A DNA stretch of 64,000 nt. Source: a virus. A program made the position numbers and the translations under genes. This document shows, piece by piece, positions 8,718 through 17,887 of this stretch. Under the pieces are notes generated by a model. It searched no databases, was not told the DNA's origin, and was given only the letters and a program-made list of their open reading frames with translations. How positions within the stretch are numbered: position 1 is the stretch's first letter; each line of letters opens with the position of its first letter. The stretch covers positions 1 to 64,000 of the IMG/VR virus record IMGVR_UViG_3300019850_000208. One strand, 5' to 3'.

Positions 8718-9560
8718 ATGCAATTAAATAATTTTATCAATGACATACAGGAAAGTGTACTCGATCCAATTCATAAGGATCTTTCAAAAGACATTTGGAT
8801 TGGCAAGAAGCTAAAGGCCAGCGTTAAAAAACGCATTTTAGACCATCTATTGGAATGGTTATCCCTCTATACAGATAAAAGACCAAAAAAGGTATATTTA
8901 GCCGGGAGCATGACTGGTTTTCAATATACGAAATATTCAGATGTAGATGTTAATGTTATTATAGATTTGCCAGATAACAAAGTAAAAGATCTCTCAAAAT
9001 TCCTACCAAATGGAAAAAATATTCCTGGGACTCAACACCCCGTTAATTACTATATAGCTAATACTTTTAAATTGGCAAAGTCTGGTTCTGTTTATGATAT
9101 AATGAAAAATGATTGGGTTCGCAAACCCGAAAAAGATGAAACAAACATTCACTATAAAACAGTTTTAGAAATTGCCATCTCATGGATGAGAAAAGTGGAT
9201 TTGGATATTAGTGAGCTTAAAAGAGATGTTTTGGAGTATAAATTATATAAAGATTATTTAGGCCAGACAGATTTAGAGGCGGATATTGATGAGATCAAGG
9301 ATTATCTGAATGTGAAAACAGGAGAAATAAAAGCGGATGTGGATGCCATACATATCACATATCATATGATAAAACAATTTCGTAAAGAACCATTTGACAA
9401 CCCAAACTTCAAATCTAATTTTCTAACTCAGGTTAGTGATGTTAACGCCAATTATACTATTAACAATCTGATTTATAAAACCCTTGAAAGATTTGGATAC
9501 TTAGATAAACTGCATAAATATGCCGCTTTAGATTTTGATGAAGCCTTAAAAATAGATTAG
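8718..9560 (+). CDS. Pol-beta superfamily nucleotidyltransferase
   Basis: VYLAGSMTGFQYTKYSDVDVNVII (GS...DxD), HPVNYY, VYDIMKNDW. Confidence 0.75.
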   Translation: MQLNNFINDIQESVLDPIHKDLSKDIWIGKKLKASVKKRILDHLLEWLSLYTDKRPKKVYLAGSMTGFQYTKYSDVDVNVIIDLPDNKVKDLSKFLPNGKNIPGTQHPVNYYIANTFKLAKSGSVYDIMKNDWVRKPEKDETNIHYKTVLEIAISWMRKVDLDISELKRDVLEYKLYKDYLGQTDLEADIDEIKDYLNVKTGEIKADVDAIHITYHMIKQFRKEPFDNPNFKSNFLTQVSDVNANYTINNLIYKTLERFGYLDKLHKYAALDFDEALKID

Positions 9561-9574
9561 GAAAGGAACAAATT

Positions 9575-10048
9575 ATGCCAGAGTATATCGCTGTTATAGA
9601 TAGAGGCGGATTAGATACAGCTACAGAATGGCCCGGTGAAAAGGGTACAGCAAAGCAACTGCCAAATAAAACAGCGCTTAAAGGTGCGCTGATAATTAAT
9701 TCTTTTGAGACCGGCAAAGCTGCAGAAAAGGAAGACATCAATAATCCCCCGAGAAATGCAAAACGTGTCCAGGCAAGGCTCGTATCTGGAATAACTGCTG
9801 TGGGGGATAAAACCGCACAAGCTTTAAGAATGATGCAGTTAAGAGCAGGTATTCATTCTTCAAATGATTACATAATGATTAGAGCAAAAATGCCAGAAAG
9901 TGAATTTATAAAAACCAGAAAAAAAGATCCTTACAGCGGCGCTTTGGATATAATGATGAAGGCAACAACTATCCTTCATGGTAATAAAGAGGATTTTAAT
10001 AAATGGATGAGAAGAATGCAAAGCGAAAGGGAGTTGGCAAGAGAATGA
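9575..10048 (+). CDS. Hypothetical protein
   Basis: AAGGA RBS; lies in the late operon. Confidence 0.7.
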   Translation: MPEYIAVIDRGGLDTATEWPGEKGTAKQLPNKTALKGALIINSFETGKAAEKEDINNPPRNAKRVQARLVSGITAVGDKTAQALRMMQLRAGIHSSNDYIMIRAKMPESEFIKTRKKDPYSGALDIMMKATTILHGNKEDFNKWMRRMQSERELARE

Positions 10049-10272
10049 TATTCAGGAATGCATTAATTGAATACGCTTATCAAGTTCCACTTAAAACTTG
10101 GAATGCCAAGCAAAAAAATTTATGGTATGACTTAGTGAATAGAGGAGATTTTAAGCGAAATGATGCCTCAGCTTTCATGAAGTTTGCGAAGGCTTTCAAT
10201 AAACTTTATGAAAAAAATCACAAGTTTCCGTCAATGAAGGATATAATAAAAGCGATGGAGGAGACTAAATGA
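10045..10272 (+). CDS. Hypothetical protein, possible internal head protein
   Basis: ATGA overlap start at 10045; N-terminus MIFRNALIE. Confidence 0.65.
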   Translation: MIFRNALIEYAYQVPLKTWNAKQKNLWYDLVNRGDFKRNDASAFMKFAKAFNKLYEKNHKFPSMKDIIKAMEETK

Positions 10273-11126
10273 ATTTAGCACAACTCAGAGATTGGATTCG
10301 GAGACGTTTAGGAGCCCCTGTTGTTCGCGTGGAGCTCACTGATGGTCAGATTGATGACGCTTTTGGCACAGCAGTTGATAAATATTTATATTATCGTAGG
10401 CCACAGGAGGCCTACTATTATTTCAATACAACCGCAGGACAAAATGAATACGGCCCAGCTGATTTTACTACATATAGAGAATCTGTTATCAAATTCAGTG
10501 ATCTGCCGCTAACTGGAAATACAGATGGTGATATAAGACTTGTATATAATGAAGATAAAAATTATAAATGGAACCCAAACATATCTTCATGGGAAATGTA
10601 TAATCCCACTACTATACCTCTGGATGTCCTAACAAGCACAAGAGAGGTCGTATATCAGCCGGTTGAAAGTATCATCAACCAACTGGTCCAGTCACAATCT
10701 GATTTCTTCCTGGCATATTATTATCGTAGAAGTGGAGGAATGTTCATCGCAGATCTATGGATCGCTATGGCGGCCAAAGAAAGTTTTAATATGGTATTGG
10801 GACTTCAGCCAACATGGGAAATTGTAGGTAACAAATTATATCTGTTTCCAACCCCGCAGGGTTCTATTAGGGTTGGTATTCGCTATGCGGTAATGCCATC
10901 AGAGGAACAACTGGCAAGTCAGGAGTGGATCACAAAAGCGACTCTGGCCCTCAGTAAGCAAACCCTTGGAAGAGTTAGAAGTAAATATGGAAGTATACCA
11001 GGGCCAGCCGGCGTGGATATATCGTTAGACGGGCCCACTTTGCTCGAGGAGGGTAAGGCCGAATGGGAATGGCTGCTTAATGATGCAATGGTAAGGGGCG
11101 ACCCCTTGTCTTTTGATATAGGATAA
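10269..11126 (+). CDS. Neck/head-completion protein (T4 gp13-like) with an inserted repeat module
   Basis: LRDWIRRRLGAPVVRVELTDGQIDD ... LALSKQTLGRVRSKY ... ISLDGPTLLEEG typical of gp13-like neck proteins; GGAGGAG RBS. Confidence 0.85.
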   Translation: MNLAQLRDWIRRRLGAPVVRVELTDGQIDDAFGTAVDKYLYYRRPQEAYYYFNTTAGQNEYGPADFTTYRESVIKFSDLPLTGNTDGDIRLVYNEDKNYKWNPNISSWEMYNPTTIPLDVLTSTREVVYQPVESIINQLVQSQSDFFLAYYYRRSGGMFIADLWIAMAAKESFNMVLGLQPTWEIVGNKLYLFPTPQGSIRVGIRYAVMPSEEQLASQEWITKATLALSKQTLGRVRSKYGSIPGPAGVDISLDGPTLLEEGKAEWEWLLNDAMVRGDPLSFDIG

Positions 11127-11129
11127 AAA

Positions 11130-11375
11130 ATGAAAATATTTTATTTAATTAATCCCGGGCCTTTGAAAGCTTTCAGGGCGTATGCGTTTATATATTTAGG
11201 TTCAGGCTCTAATGAACAGGGAAGCTATGTCGATGGTGAATACGTTGGAATAACAGAGAAAGAGAGAACAAAACATTTTATAAAAGCAAAGATACCTCGT
11301 TCAGACTTTGAGCGCCATTTCAAAACTGGAACAAAAGAAATCTTTGTACAAAAGTTATTTGAGGCATATGCGTGA
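11130..11375 (+). CDS. Small hypothetical protein (terminal-helix family)
   Basis: N-terminus MKIFYLINPG; C-terminus KEIFVQKLFEAYA. Confidence 0.7.
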   Translation: MKIFYLINPGPLKAFRAYAFIYLGSGSNEQGSYVDGEYVGITEKERTKHFIKAKIPRSDFERHFKTGTKEIFVQKLFEAYA

Positions 11376-11728
11376 AATATTATATTATTACAAACGTAGG
11401 CAATTATTATCCGAGAATTCATATGGTAGAAGAGTTTATGGCGAGACTGAAACCGGAAAGTTGGCAACTTCTTAAAAGATATCCAATTGTGACGCGAGTA
11501 ATACCGGCCGGCTCAATCGCGGAAAAATCGAGTATTTTTAGGGTTTTAATTAAAAAAGACGAATTGATCCTTAAGAATGAAGGGACAGCATTCGGTAAAA
11601 TAATAGATAAACATATCTATCTCTTGTTTGATAAGATAAACAAAGAAAATATTTTTGTATCCACAGAGGGTTTAAAAAAAGTCAATAAACAGGAGCATAT
11701 CAAAAAGATATTTGAGGCATCACAATGA
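11372..11728 (+). CDS. Small hypothetical protein (terminal-helix family)
   Basis: N-terminus MKYYIITNVG; C-terminus KQEHIKKIFEASQ; GTGA overlap. Confidence 0.7.
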   Translation: MKYYIITNVGNYYPRIHMVEEFMARLKPESWQLLKRYPIVTRVIPAGSIAEKSSIFRVLIKKDELILKNEGTAFGKIIDKHIYLLFDKINKENIFVSTEGLKKVNKQEHIKKIFEASQ

Positions 11729-12060
11729 AAATATCCGTTATAACTAATCCTGGCAGTAATTTTCCGAATCTCCACACCATGCCATCTTTTTTAAAAGATT
11801 TGCCTCCTATCGCCAAAGAGAAGCTCCGGCACGTCTCAAATAATAAAGTAAAAAGTAAATACATCAATAATTGGTTCACACCTTTTCAAATTATAGACCA
11901 GCTGAAACATCCAGATCCGTACTATTCTGGCGGCGATATTCCCGTTTCCGTTCTGTATAATCCTACAGACGAACAGGTGTATATTATAGACAGACCAAGA
12001 GTATTTGATAGCAAACAAGAATATTTGTTGGCACTTTTTGCTCATCTAGCACAAAGATAA
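11725..12060 (+). CDS. Small hypothetical protein (terminal-helix family)
   Basis: N-terminus MKISVITNPG; C-terminus KQEYLLALFAHLAQR; ATGA overlap. Confidence 0.7.
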   Translation: MKISVITNPGSNFPNLHTMPSFLKDLPPIAKEKLRHVSNNKVKSKYINNWFTPFQIIDQLKHPDPYYSGGDIPVSVLYNPTDEQVYIIDRPRVFDSKQEYLLALFAHLAQR

Positions 12061-12097
12061 TAATAGGATAAATGATATATTAACGAGGTAGATATCG

Positions 12098-12358
12098 ATG
12101 GATCTTTATAGCTTTTTGGAAAAATTAGAAACAGAGCTTGGACTGAATGAGCAGGTCCCAAGCAAGCATCCCGGTCTAAAAAAGGTATCAAAGAAGAAAA
12201 GGACTGAATTAGTCAAGAGAGCCAAAAAGGGCGAAGATATTGGCAAACCGGGTAAGCGCTTCAAAGAAGTAGCTGCAAAAGGCGCAGCCAGATATGGTTC
12301 CGCAGAGGCTGGTAAAAGAGTTGCTGCAGCAGCAATGTGGAAGCAAGCCGGAAAATAA
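12098..12358 (+). CDS. Basic putative internal head protein
   Basis: Acidic leader ending LNE, then a Lys/Ala-rich region (GEDIGKPGKRF...YGSAEAGKRVAAAAMWK); GAGG RBS. Confidence 0.7.
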   Translation: MDLYSFLEKLETELGLNEQVPSKHPGLKKVSKKKRTELVKRAKKGEDIGKPGKRFKEVAAKGAARYGSAEAGKRVAAAAMWKQAGK

Positions 12359-12398
12359 ATAAACAACATCACATTATATATTTAACTATTTTGATGCT

Positions 12399-12423
12399 AC
12401 CCCTGCGTGCGCGGGGGTTTTTT
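12399..12423 (+). terminator. Rho-independent terminator
   Basis: ACCCCTGC-GTGC-GCGGGGGT hairpin followed by a T-run. Confidence 0.8.
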
Positions 12424-12449
12424 GCGCAAAGATAATATATGGAGGCAAA

Positions 12450-12863
12450 ATGGCACCTTTAACTTTTTTAAAAAAGATTTGGAAATACTTGGATACAATC
12501 GTAATAATAATTCTCGCAATGTTAGCAGCATTTGGCATAATCTCTCTAAAGAAAAAATTCAAACAAAAACAAGATGAAAATGATGCGGTTAAACCTGATG
12601 AAATAAAACCTGGATATGATACAGTAAAGCCTGATACTTTTAATCCAAAACCCCACAATCCTTTTGACAATGATTACGAAGTTGTAACTCCGGATGGTGA
12701 TAAAATAGATACCCCTATTCCCGATGATAAAATAGATGAGATAATACAGCCACATGTTCATGTAGTGGATGTTGAGCCAAAACACGATAAGAAGTCCAAT
12801 AATCTACTGGATAAAATAAGAAAATATAAAACTCAAATAACGAATGCAAGACATCCTGTATGA
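12450..12863 (+). CDS. Membrane-anchored protein with Pro/Asp-rich tail
   Basis: Single N-terminal TM helix; KPD repeats; AAAGATAA at 12428-12435 and GGAGG RBS. Confidence 0.75.
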   Translation: MAPLTFLKKIWKYLDTIVIIILAMLAAFGIISLKKKFKQKQDENDAVKPDEIKPGYDTVKPDTFNPKPHNPFDNDYEVVTPDGDKIDTPIPDDKIDEIIQPHVHVVDVEPKHDKKSNNLLDKIRKYKTQITNARHPV

Positions 12864-13099
12864 TATATCGTTTGAGTATGCACAGAGAAAACGGAGAATT
12901 AATAGGTTATGTTATAAGAGAGCTAGAGCGGAATATTGAAGATGCCGGCGCCAATAAGACCAGAATCAATTTTATAGAATTTGGTCCAGGTGAAGTATTG
13001 AGAATAAAAACCGAATTAACATCCCAACATTATTTAGATAACTTAAAGAAAACAAATAAAAAAGAAATAGTACAAATTTTATTTGATGCTTTTGGATGA
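12860..13099 (+). CDS. Small hypothetical protein (terminal-helix family)
   Basis: C-terminus KKEIVQILFDAFG. Confidence 0.65.
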   Translation: MIYRLSMHRENGELIGYVIRELERNIEDAGANKTRINFIEFGPGEVLRIKTELTSQHYLDNLKKTNKKEIVQILFDAFG

Positions 13100-13102
13100 T
13101 AA

Positions 13103-13381
13103 ATGAAAGAATTATATATATATAATAGTAGGCTTTATAATAGAGGGACATTACCGATGGTTTTATATTGCGTATATGACACTAAATGGGTTGGTAAAAA
13201 AGGCGGCTTCTTTGTCAATGAGGTTGGATATGCTCATGAATTTGTCATCGAGAATAACAAAATTGATTTTATAAGAGATGCTGAAATAAATTATGATGCT
13301 TTGCAAAATTCAGATGATTATGAACCAGTAAGTACAACTAAAGCTATACAACTTATTTTTGAATTCGAGGTCAAAAAATGA
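13103..13381 (+). CDS. Small hypothetical protein (terminal-helix family)
   Basis: C-terminus TKAIQLIFEFEVKK. Confidence 0.65.
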   Translation: MKELYIYNSRLYNRGTLPMVLYCVYDTKWVGKKGGFFVNEVGYAHEFVIENNKIDFIRDAEINYDALQNSDDYEPVSTTKAIQLIFEFEVKK

Positions 13382-14055
13382 AAAAAATATTATTGATGAT
13401 ATTATTGATAATAATATGTGCGGCTTCGGTGTATGCTCAGGATGTTATTATCGATAAGACCACAATAGAAAATACCAAAAAAGATTTCGAAACCGGCCTA
13501 AGAATGCTGACTGATGCAGAAGTGGCCAAGGCCACTAAAGAAGATCTTATAAAAGATTTTTCGGATAGTCTTGTGAAGCTGTGGATACTTGAAAACTCAA
13601 CTGTTAAAAATGGCATGTTTGTTTTATATATAAATTATTCTGATCTATTTATAGATAAAGAAGGAAATGTTTATGTAAAGCCAAATTCAAAGGCCTATAT
13701 AAAAATAGGCAATGATAACTACAATCTTGAGGCGGATATAAAAATTGTTACAACCTACAAGGCCCATGTCCCAGAGCCAAAGAACAAATCTATATTTCAA
13801 ATAGAACCGAAGTTAGGAGCTGTCATTTTTACAGATTTGAAGAATATCGATTTTGATGTAGTTTTTTTAATTCAAGTTTTAAAAATCAAGAAGATAAATG
13901 TGGATCTCGGCTTCGGTTTTAGAAGTAGTGGAATTAGATTGGCGCATGGAGTTACAGATAATTTCGATATAGGTCTTTATGGTGGAATTGGGTATCCAAG
14001 GGGCACACTTGAATGGCGCCCCGTATTCGGCGTGATTGCGGCTTTCAAATTTTAA
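13378..14055 (+). CDS. Secreted protein with probable outer-membrane beta-barrel C-terminus
   Basis: Signal peptide ending VYA-Q; alternating hydrophobic strands; ends VFGVIAAFKF with terminal Phe. Confidence 0.6.
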   Translation: MKKILLMILLIIICAASVYAQDVIIDKTTIENTKKDFETGLRMLTDAEVAKATKEDLIKDFSDSLVKLWILENSTVKNGMFVLYINYSDLFIDKEGNVYVKPNSKAYIKIGNDNYNLEADIKIVTTYKAHVPEPKNKSIFQIEPKLGAVIFTDLKNIDFDVVFLIQVLKIKKINVDLGFGFRSSGIRLAHGVTDNFDIGLYGGIGYPRGTLEWRPVFGVIAAFKF

Positions 14056-14068
14056 TAGGAGTTATGAC

Positions 14069-14458
14069 ATGGATGAAGAATTTAACAAATTTTTAGAACT
14101 GACCGAGACGTATGGTCCTTCAATGCTTCAACCCGGAATAGAACAGGATTTAGAGAATCCTGAATTAGAAAGTTTATGGAAGAAATTGGATACATTAAGC
14201 AGTAGTGTTGGTGATGTGCGTAATAGTATGAGAAAATTTGTGAGTGGTGAATCTGATGAAGATAAAAAATTATATAGCCATATCACACAGGAATATTCTG
14301 AACTGGTTGATAAATTGTGGGCAGGCATAAAAACCCAAATGCAAAGTTTGCTACCCGGCGGAGCGGAAGAAGAAGAGGGTGAAGAAGAAGAGGGTGAAGA
14401 AGAACCAGAGAAGAAAATTTCCAAGACATTTGTGATCAAACAGTATCCAGAAGATTAA
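14069..14458 (+). CDS. Acidic putative head-associated protein
   Basis: Start after AGGAG; MDEEFNKFLELTE; EEEEG repeat (GAAGAAGAAGAGGGT x2 at 14366-14395). Confidence 0.7.
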   Translation: MDEEFNKFLELTETYGPSMLQPGIEQDLENPELESLWKKLDTLSSSVGDVRNSMRKFVSGESDEDKKLYSHITQEYSELVDKLWAGIKTQMQSLLPGGAEEEEGEEEEGEEEPEKKISKTFVIKQYPED

Positions 14459-14470
14459 TCGGAGCTAAAT

Positions 14471-15751
14471 ATGTCAAATACTCGTATCAATATAGAAAAC
14501 CAGACCAATGCAACGGAATTCGATGCCCAGGTAGAGGATGCTATAGTTGGATCTAATTTTATTGACAATAAGTTTGATCCTATATCAGGTCACAATCACA
14601 ATGGTGTAAATTCAAAATATATAGACTGGACAGATATTAATAATAAACCTGGTTCATTCACGCCGAGCATTCATGCTCATGGAACAGTCAGTTCTCCTGG
14701 ACTTCATACTCCAATGGGCCCGGATGATCACCATAGTTCTGTTGAATCCGGCTTGAGTATTATTCCAGATAATGTAACCGTATCTGGCGGAGCCGGCAGC
14801 TATCTGGAGCTCCCGGATGGAACTTATATAAGGTTGGGCGATACCACGCAGGGTGTCAGGATTGAATATGATAGTGGATTAAACAAATTAACTGTTAAAA
14901 ATTGGGGAACTAGCCCATCTGGATTTCATATATTAAATACTATTAATGATTTCACGATTGAGTCTCCTAATATTAATATAGGTTCAACTTCTTCCAATAT
15001 CTATTTTCAAACAGCTATTCTTAATGCAACAAACTGGGGCATATTAGGAAGTGGCGCCGCTGCATTTCTATCATTAAATGGAGTAACTATTGGCACCTCT
15101 GGAATTGCGAATGTAAGCTATTTTAATGGTGTTGAGATTACAGCCGGTGGAACTCACAGCAAACTTCAAGTCGGCAACGATAGCTTTCAAATACATCATT
15201 CCACGCATCAGCAAAATACTGATACTGGTACCACTGACTCTACTTTTACTATAAAAAGTGGAGGTAATCATTTCATCCTTTCATCTAATGATTATCAGGC
15301 ACCTTCCAATTCTGAAAGCGCGCTATACAATGATATTAGTTCAGAAAAAGCATTAGTTATAGCTGGCAACTCATCCAGTGGGTTCAAAACAGTGAGAATA
15401 AAGGATAACCTGATTGTAGAAGGTCAAACTTTGACCCAAGGAAATAAATCTGTTGCTACTTACGGCACTACTGCAGGCCTAACAATACAAGACTTTGCGA
15501 CCGGTTCTCCAGGATATATAGTATTAGGACATGCTGTAATTCAATGGGGGACCAATACTGTCAGCGGTACTTCATGGAGCACTATATCATTTGCGAAATC
15601 CTATAATGTCGCACCTTCTATTTCAGCTTCCTGCGCAGATTCATCAGGCGTAACATGGAAAACACGTAATATAACAACGAGTCAATTCGAAATACAGGCA
15701 ATTGGCTCTTCAAGCGCAAGCCTGTCGTGGATAGCGGTGGGCCAAGGATAA
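14471..15751 (+). CDS. Virion fibre protein
   Basis: Shared N-terminal peptide, HxH motifs, G/S/T-rich shaft, gp53/H-lectin-like C-terminus (IQWG...ISFAKSY...WIAVG). Confidence 0.75.
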   Translation: MSNTRINIENQTNATEFDAQVEDAIVGSNFIDNKFDPISGHNHNGVNSKYIDWTDINNKPGSFTPSIHAHGTVSSPGLHTPMGPDDHHSSVESGLSIIPDNVTVSGGAGSYLELPDGTYIRLGDTTQGVRIEYDSGLNKLTVKNWGTSPSGFHILNTINDFTIESPNINIGSTSSNIYFQTAILNATNWGILGSGAAAFLSLNGVTIGTSGIANVSYFNGVEITAGGTHSKLQVGNDSFQIHHSTHQQNTDTGTTDSTFTIKSGGNHFILSSNDYQAPSNSESALYNDISSEKALVIAGNSSSGFKTVRIKDNLIVEGQTLTQGNKSVATYGTTAGLTIQDFATGSPGYIVLGHAVIQWGTNTVSGTSWSTISFAKSYNVAPSISASCADSSGVTWKTRNITTSQFEIQAIGSSSASLSWIAVGQG

Positions 15752-15763
15752 CAGGAGAATTCT

Positions 15764-16171
15764 ATGAAATTAAAAAAAGCTATAATTGAGCAATCCAAAC
15801 AAGAACTAAATGTGTATGCTACAAATATGAAAATGCCGGAACCAATGTATAATCCGACAGATCAGGTTGATAGCAATGCGGCAGAGACAACGATCAGATC
15901 CAAGCCAAGCGATCCGGATAATGAGCAATTGGTTGTTCAAATTGAAAGAGCATGCATGTTAGACAACTTTGAACAAGCAGAAAAATTATTGAGAGATAAT
16001 TATGACAAATTAACATTAGCAGATATTAATAGATTAGCTCAATTTTCTCAATTCATAAAGGGTGATGGCAGGACCATACGCTCCGTTGCGAATCAAAAAA
16101 GCAAACCAGTATATGAAAAGTTTGGGCCTCGTTTTATAAGGGCAATACAAAAAAAATTAGCACCGAGATAA
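15764..16171 (+). CDS. Hypothetical protein, possible internal head protein
   Basis: AGGAG RBS; MKLKKAIIE leader. Confidence 0.7.
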   Translation: MKLKKAIIEQSKQELNVYATNMKMPEPMYNPTDQVDSNAAETTIRSKPSDPDNEQLVVQIERACMLDNFEQAEKLLRDNYDKLTLADINRLAQFSQFIKGDGRTIRSVANQKSKPVYEKFGPRFIRAIQKKLAPR

Positions 16172-16250
16172 CCGATGCTAGATGCGCATTGTGCTTGTAT
16201 GAATCGGATAAAACTGGTTTCATTACATATTTAATTTGAAAAGAGATAAC

Positions 16251-16886
16251 ATGACATTTATAGTGTGCGCAACAGGTCCCTCTGTGGATAATTTAAATTG
16301 GGATCAATTAATAAAATATAAGACCATTGGCGTTAATCAATTTTTCAGAAAAAATATTCCTACCGATTATTATTACATATATGATAAGATGTGTATTATA
16401 CGCGAAGATCCCAACTTCACAACGGTAATAGATAAATGGCCCAACACTACATTTTATATTGATAAAAGAGTGCCGATGCCAGCCCATTTCAGAAAGAACG
16501 CAAATATTGTGAAAGTAACATCCAAATCAATTAGACGTGAAGAAATCAATAACATGAATTTGTGGGCCAATTCAATAGAAGATACTATTTATATGCACAA
16601 AAGCAGCGTGATTGGGGCGATTAATATAGCATATATATTAAAAGCCACTAAAATATACATAGCTGGAATGGATGGCTATGGCGGGTATTTTTATCCACAC
16701 TCAAAAAATAAATTTGAGAACAGATTACATGATTCATTAGTTCATTATCCACGGTATGGAAATGTCAGCTTGAGCCTGAAGGCAATTCAAAGCTTTCTAT
16801 CGGCGCAAAACGTGTTTTTGTATAATATGAATCCAGAAAGTTATTTCGTTAAAAATAATATTACAGAATTTGGGATGCCCGAGTGA
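16251..16886 (+). CDS. Maf/sialyltransferase-like (MAF_flag10-like) protein
   Basis: ATGPS, IGVN, SSVIGAINIAYILKATKIYIAGMDG; paralog of 23005..23703. Confidence 0.65.
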   Translation: MTFIVCATGPSVDNLNWDQLIKYKTIGVNQFFRKNIPTDYYYIYDKMCIIREDPNFTTVIDKWPNTTFYIDKRVPMPAHFRKNANIVKVTSKSIRREEINNMNLWANSIEDTIYMHKSSVIGAINIAYILKATKIYIAGMDGYGGYFYPHSKNKFENRLHDSLVHYPRYGNVSLSLKAIQSFLSAQNVFLYNMNPESYFVKNNITEFGMPE

Positions 16887-17887
16887 ATATAATACATATG
16901 TCCAGGACGGCTGTGGCTGGAGTGGCCTACCGTTATGCTCAGTTCTTTAATAAATACTCTGATATAAAAGCCAGAAGCGCTATGGCAATACCCACCAATA
17001 TAAAATTTCCTGAAGATATAAAGGTCCCATTTAAATACAATCCCAAATTCCCTGGAGCGGCCAATAGAGCCATAATATTAGATTCGGAAGAATTTATAGA
17101 AGAAATTAGAAAGGCCGATATTGTGCATATGCATAATTCGCCGCCTTTGAATACAAATAGTGTGGCCTGGGATATAATTAAAAACAAGACAGTGGTTTTG
17201 CAGCTGCATAGCCCACCGAACATTTCTAACTATGCCTATGAGCTTGTGAGCAAAAAAGTTTCTATAAATAAGTTGCTTGTGATTGCGCAATATCAATACG
17301 TAGAATTAAAACCGATATATCCGGATATAATTCCCATCAGAAACATAGTGGATATAAATAATGAGTTGTTTCTGCCGATTATAAAAGCCAATACACCTCC
17401 AATAATAACATACGCTCCAAGTAATAAAATAATGAACAATAAGAAAGCCGGCTGGGTATATAAAAGCTTCAAGGAAGTCGAACCATTGCTGAATAAGCTT
17501 AATAAAGAAAATGTTTGTAGATATGTATCCCAAGGTTATAGACCTTTTGAGGAAAACTTAAAGATAAGGCAACCGGCGAATATTCATATTGATGAAGTTA
17601 GTAGTGGTTCTTTTCATTTGAGTTCGCTTGAAGCTCTTTCTCAGGGAAAAGCTACAATCGCCAATATTGCATCATGGATGGAAAACGTAATAAAAGAAGT
17701 TACTGGTTGCGATGAAATCCCTTGGGTAGTTAGTGATGCATCCAATTTAAGAAAAACTATTATTGAATTATGCAAAGACCAAGATAATTTATTAAATATA
17801 CAGAAAAAGTCCAGGGAATGGATGGAAATATATTGGAATCCTGAAGCGATATTAGAAAACTACATGGAGGTATATAAATCATTATGA
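16883..17887 (+). CDS. GT-B fold (GT4-like) glycosyltransferase
   Basis: ADIVHMHN, ITYAPSN, HIDEVSSGSFHLSSLEALSQGK. Confidence 0.75.
   Translation: MNIIHMSRTAVAGVAYRYAQFFNKYSDIKARSAMAIPTNIKFPEDIKVPFKYNPKFPGAANRAIILDSEEFIEEIRKADIVHMHNSPPLNTNSVAWDIIKNKTVVLQLHSPPNISNYAYELVSKKVSINKLLVIAQYQYVELKPIYPDIIPIRNIVDINNELFLPIIKANTPPIITYAPSNKIMNNKKAGWVYKSFKEVEPLLNKLNKENVCRYVSQGYRPFEENLKIRQPANIHIDEVSSGSFHLSSLEALSQGKATIANIASWMENVIKEVTGCDEIPWVVSDASNLRKTIIELCKDQDNLLNIQKKSREWMEIYWNPEAILENYMEVYKSL

Noticed and set aside
3918-14055. Specific host assignment
   Set aside because: Only a diderm host with sigma70-type promoters can be inferred; nothing here fixes the phylum
16172-16207. CCGAT...ATCGG hairpin before the glycan cluster
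   Set aside because: Short, weak stem with no U-tract; not distinguishable from chance
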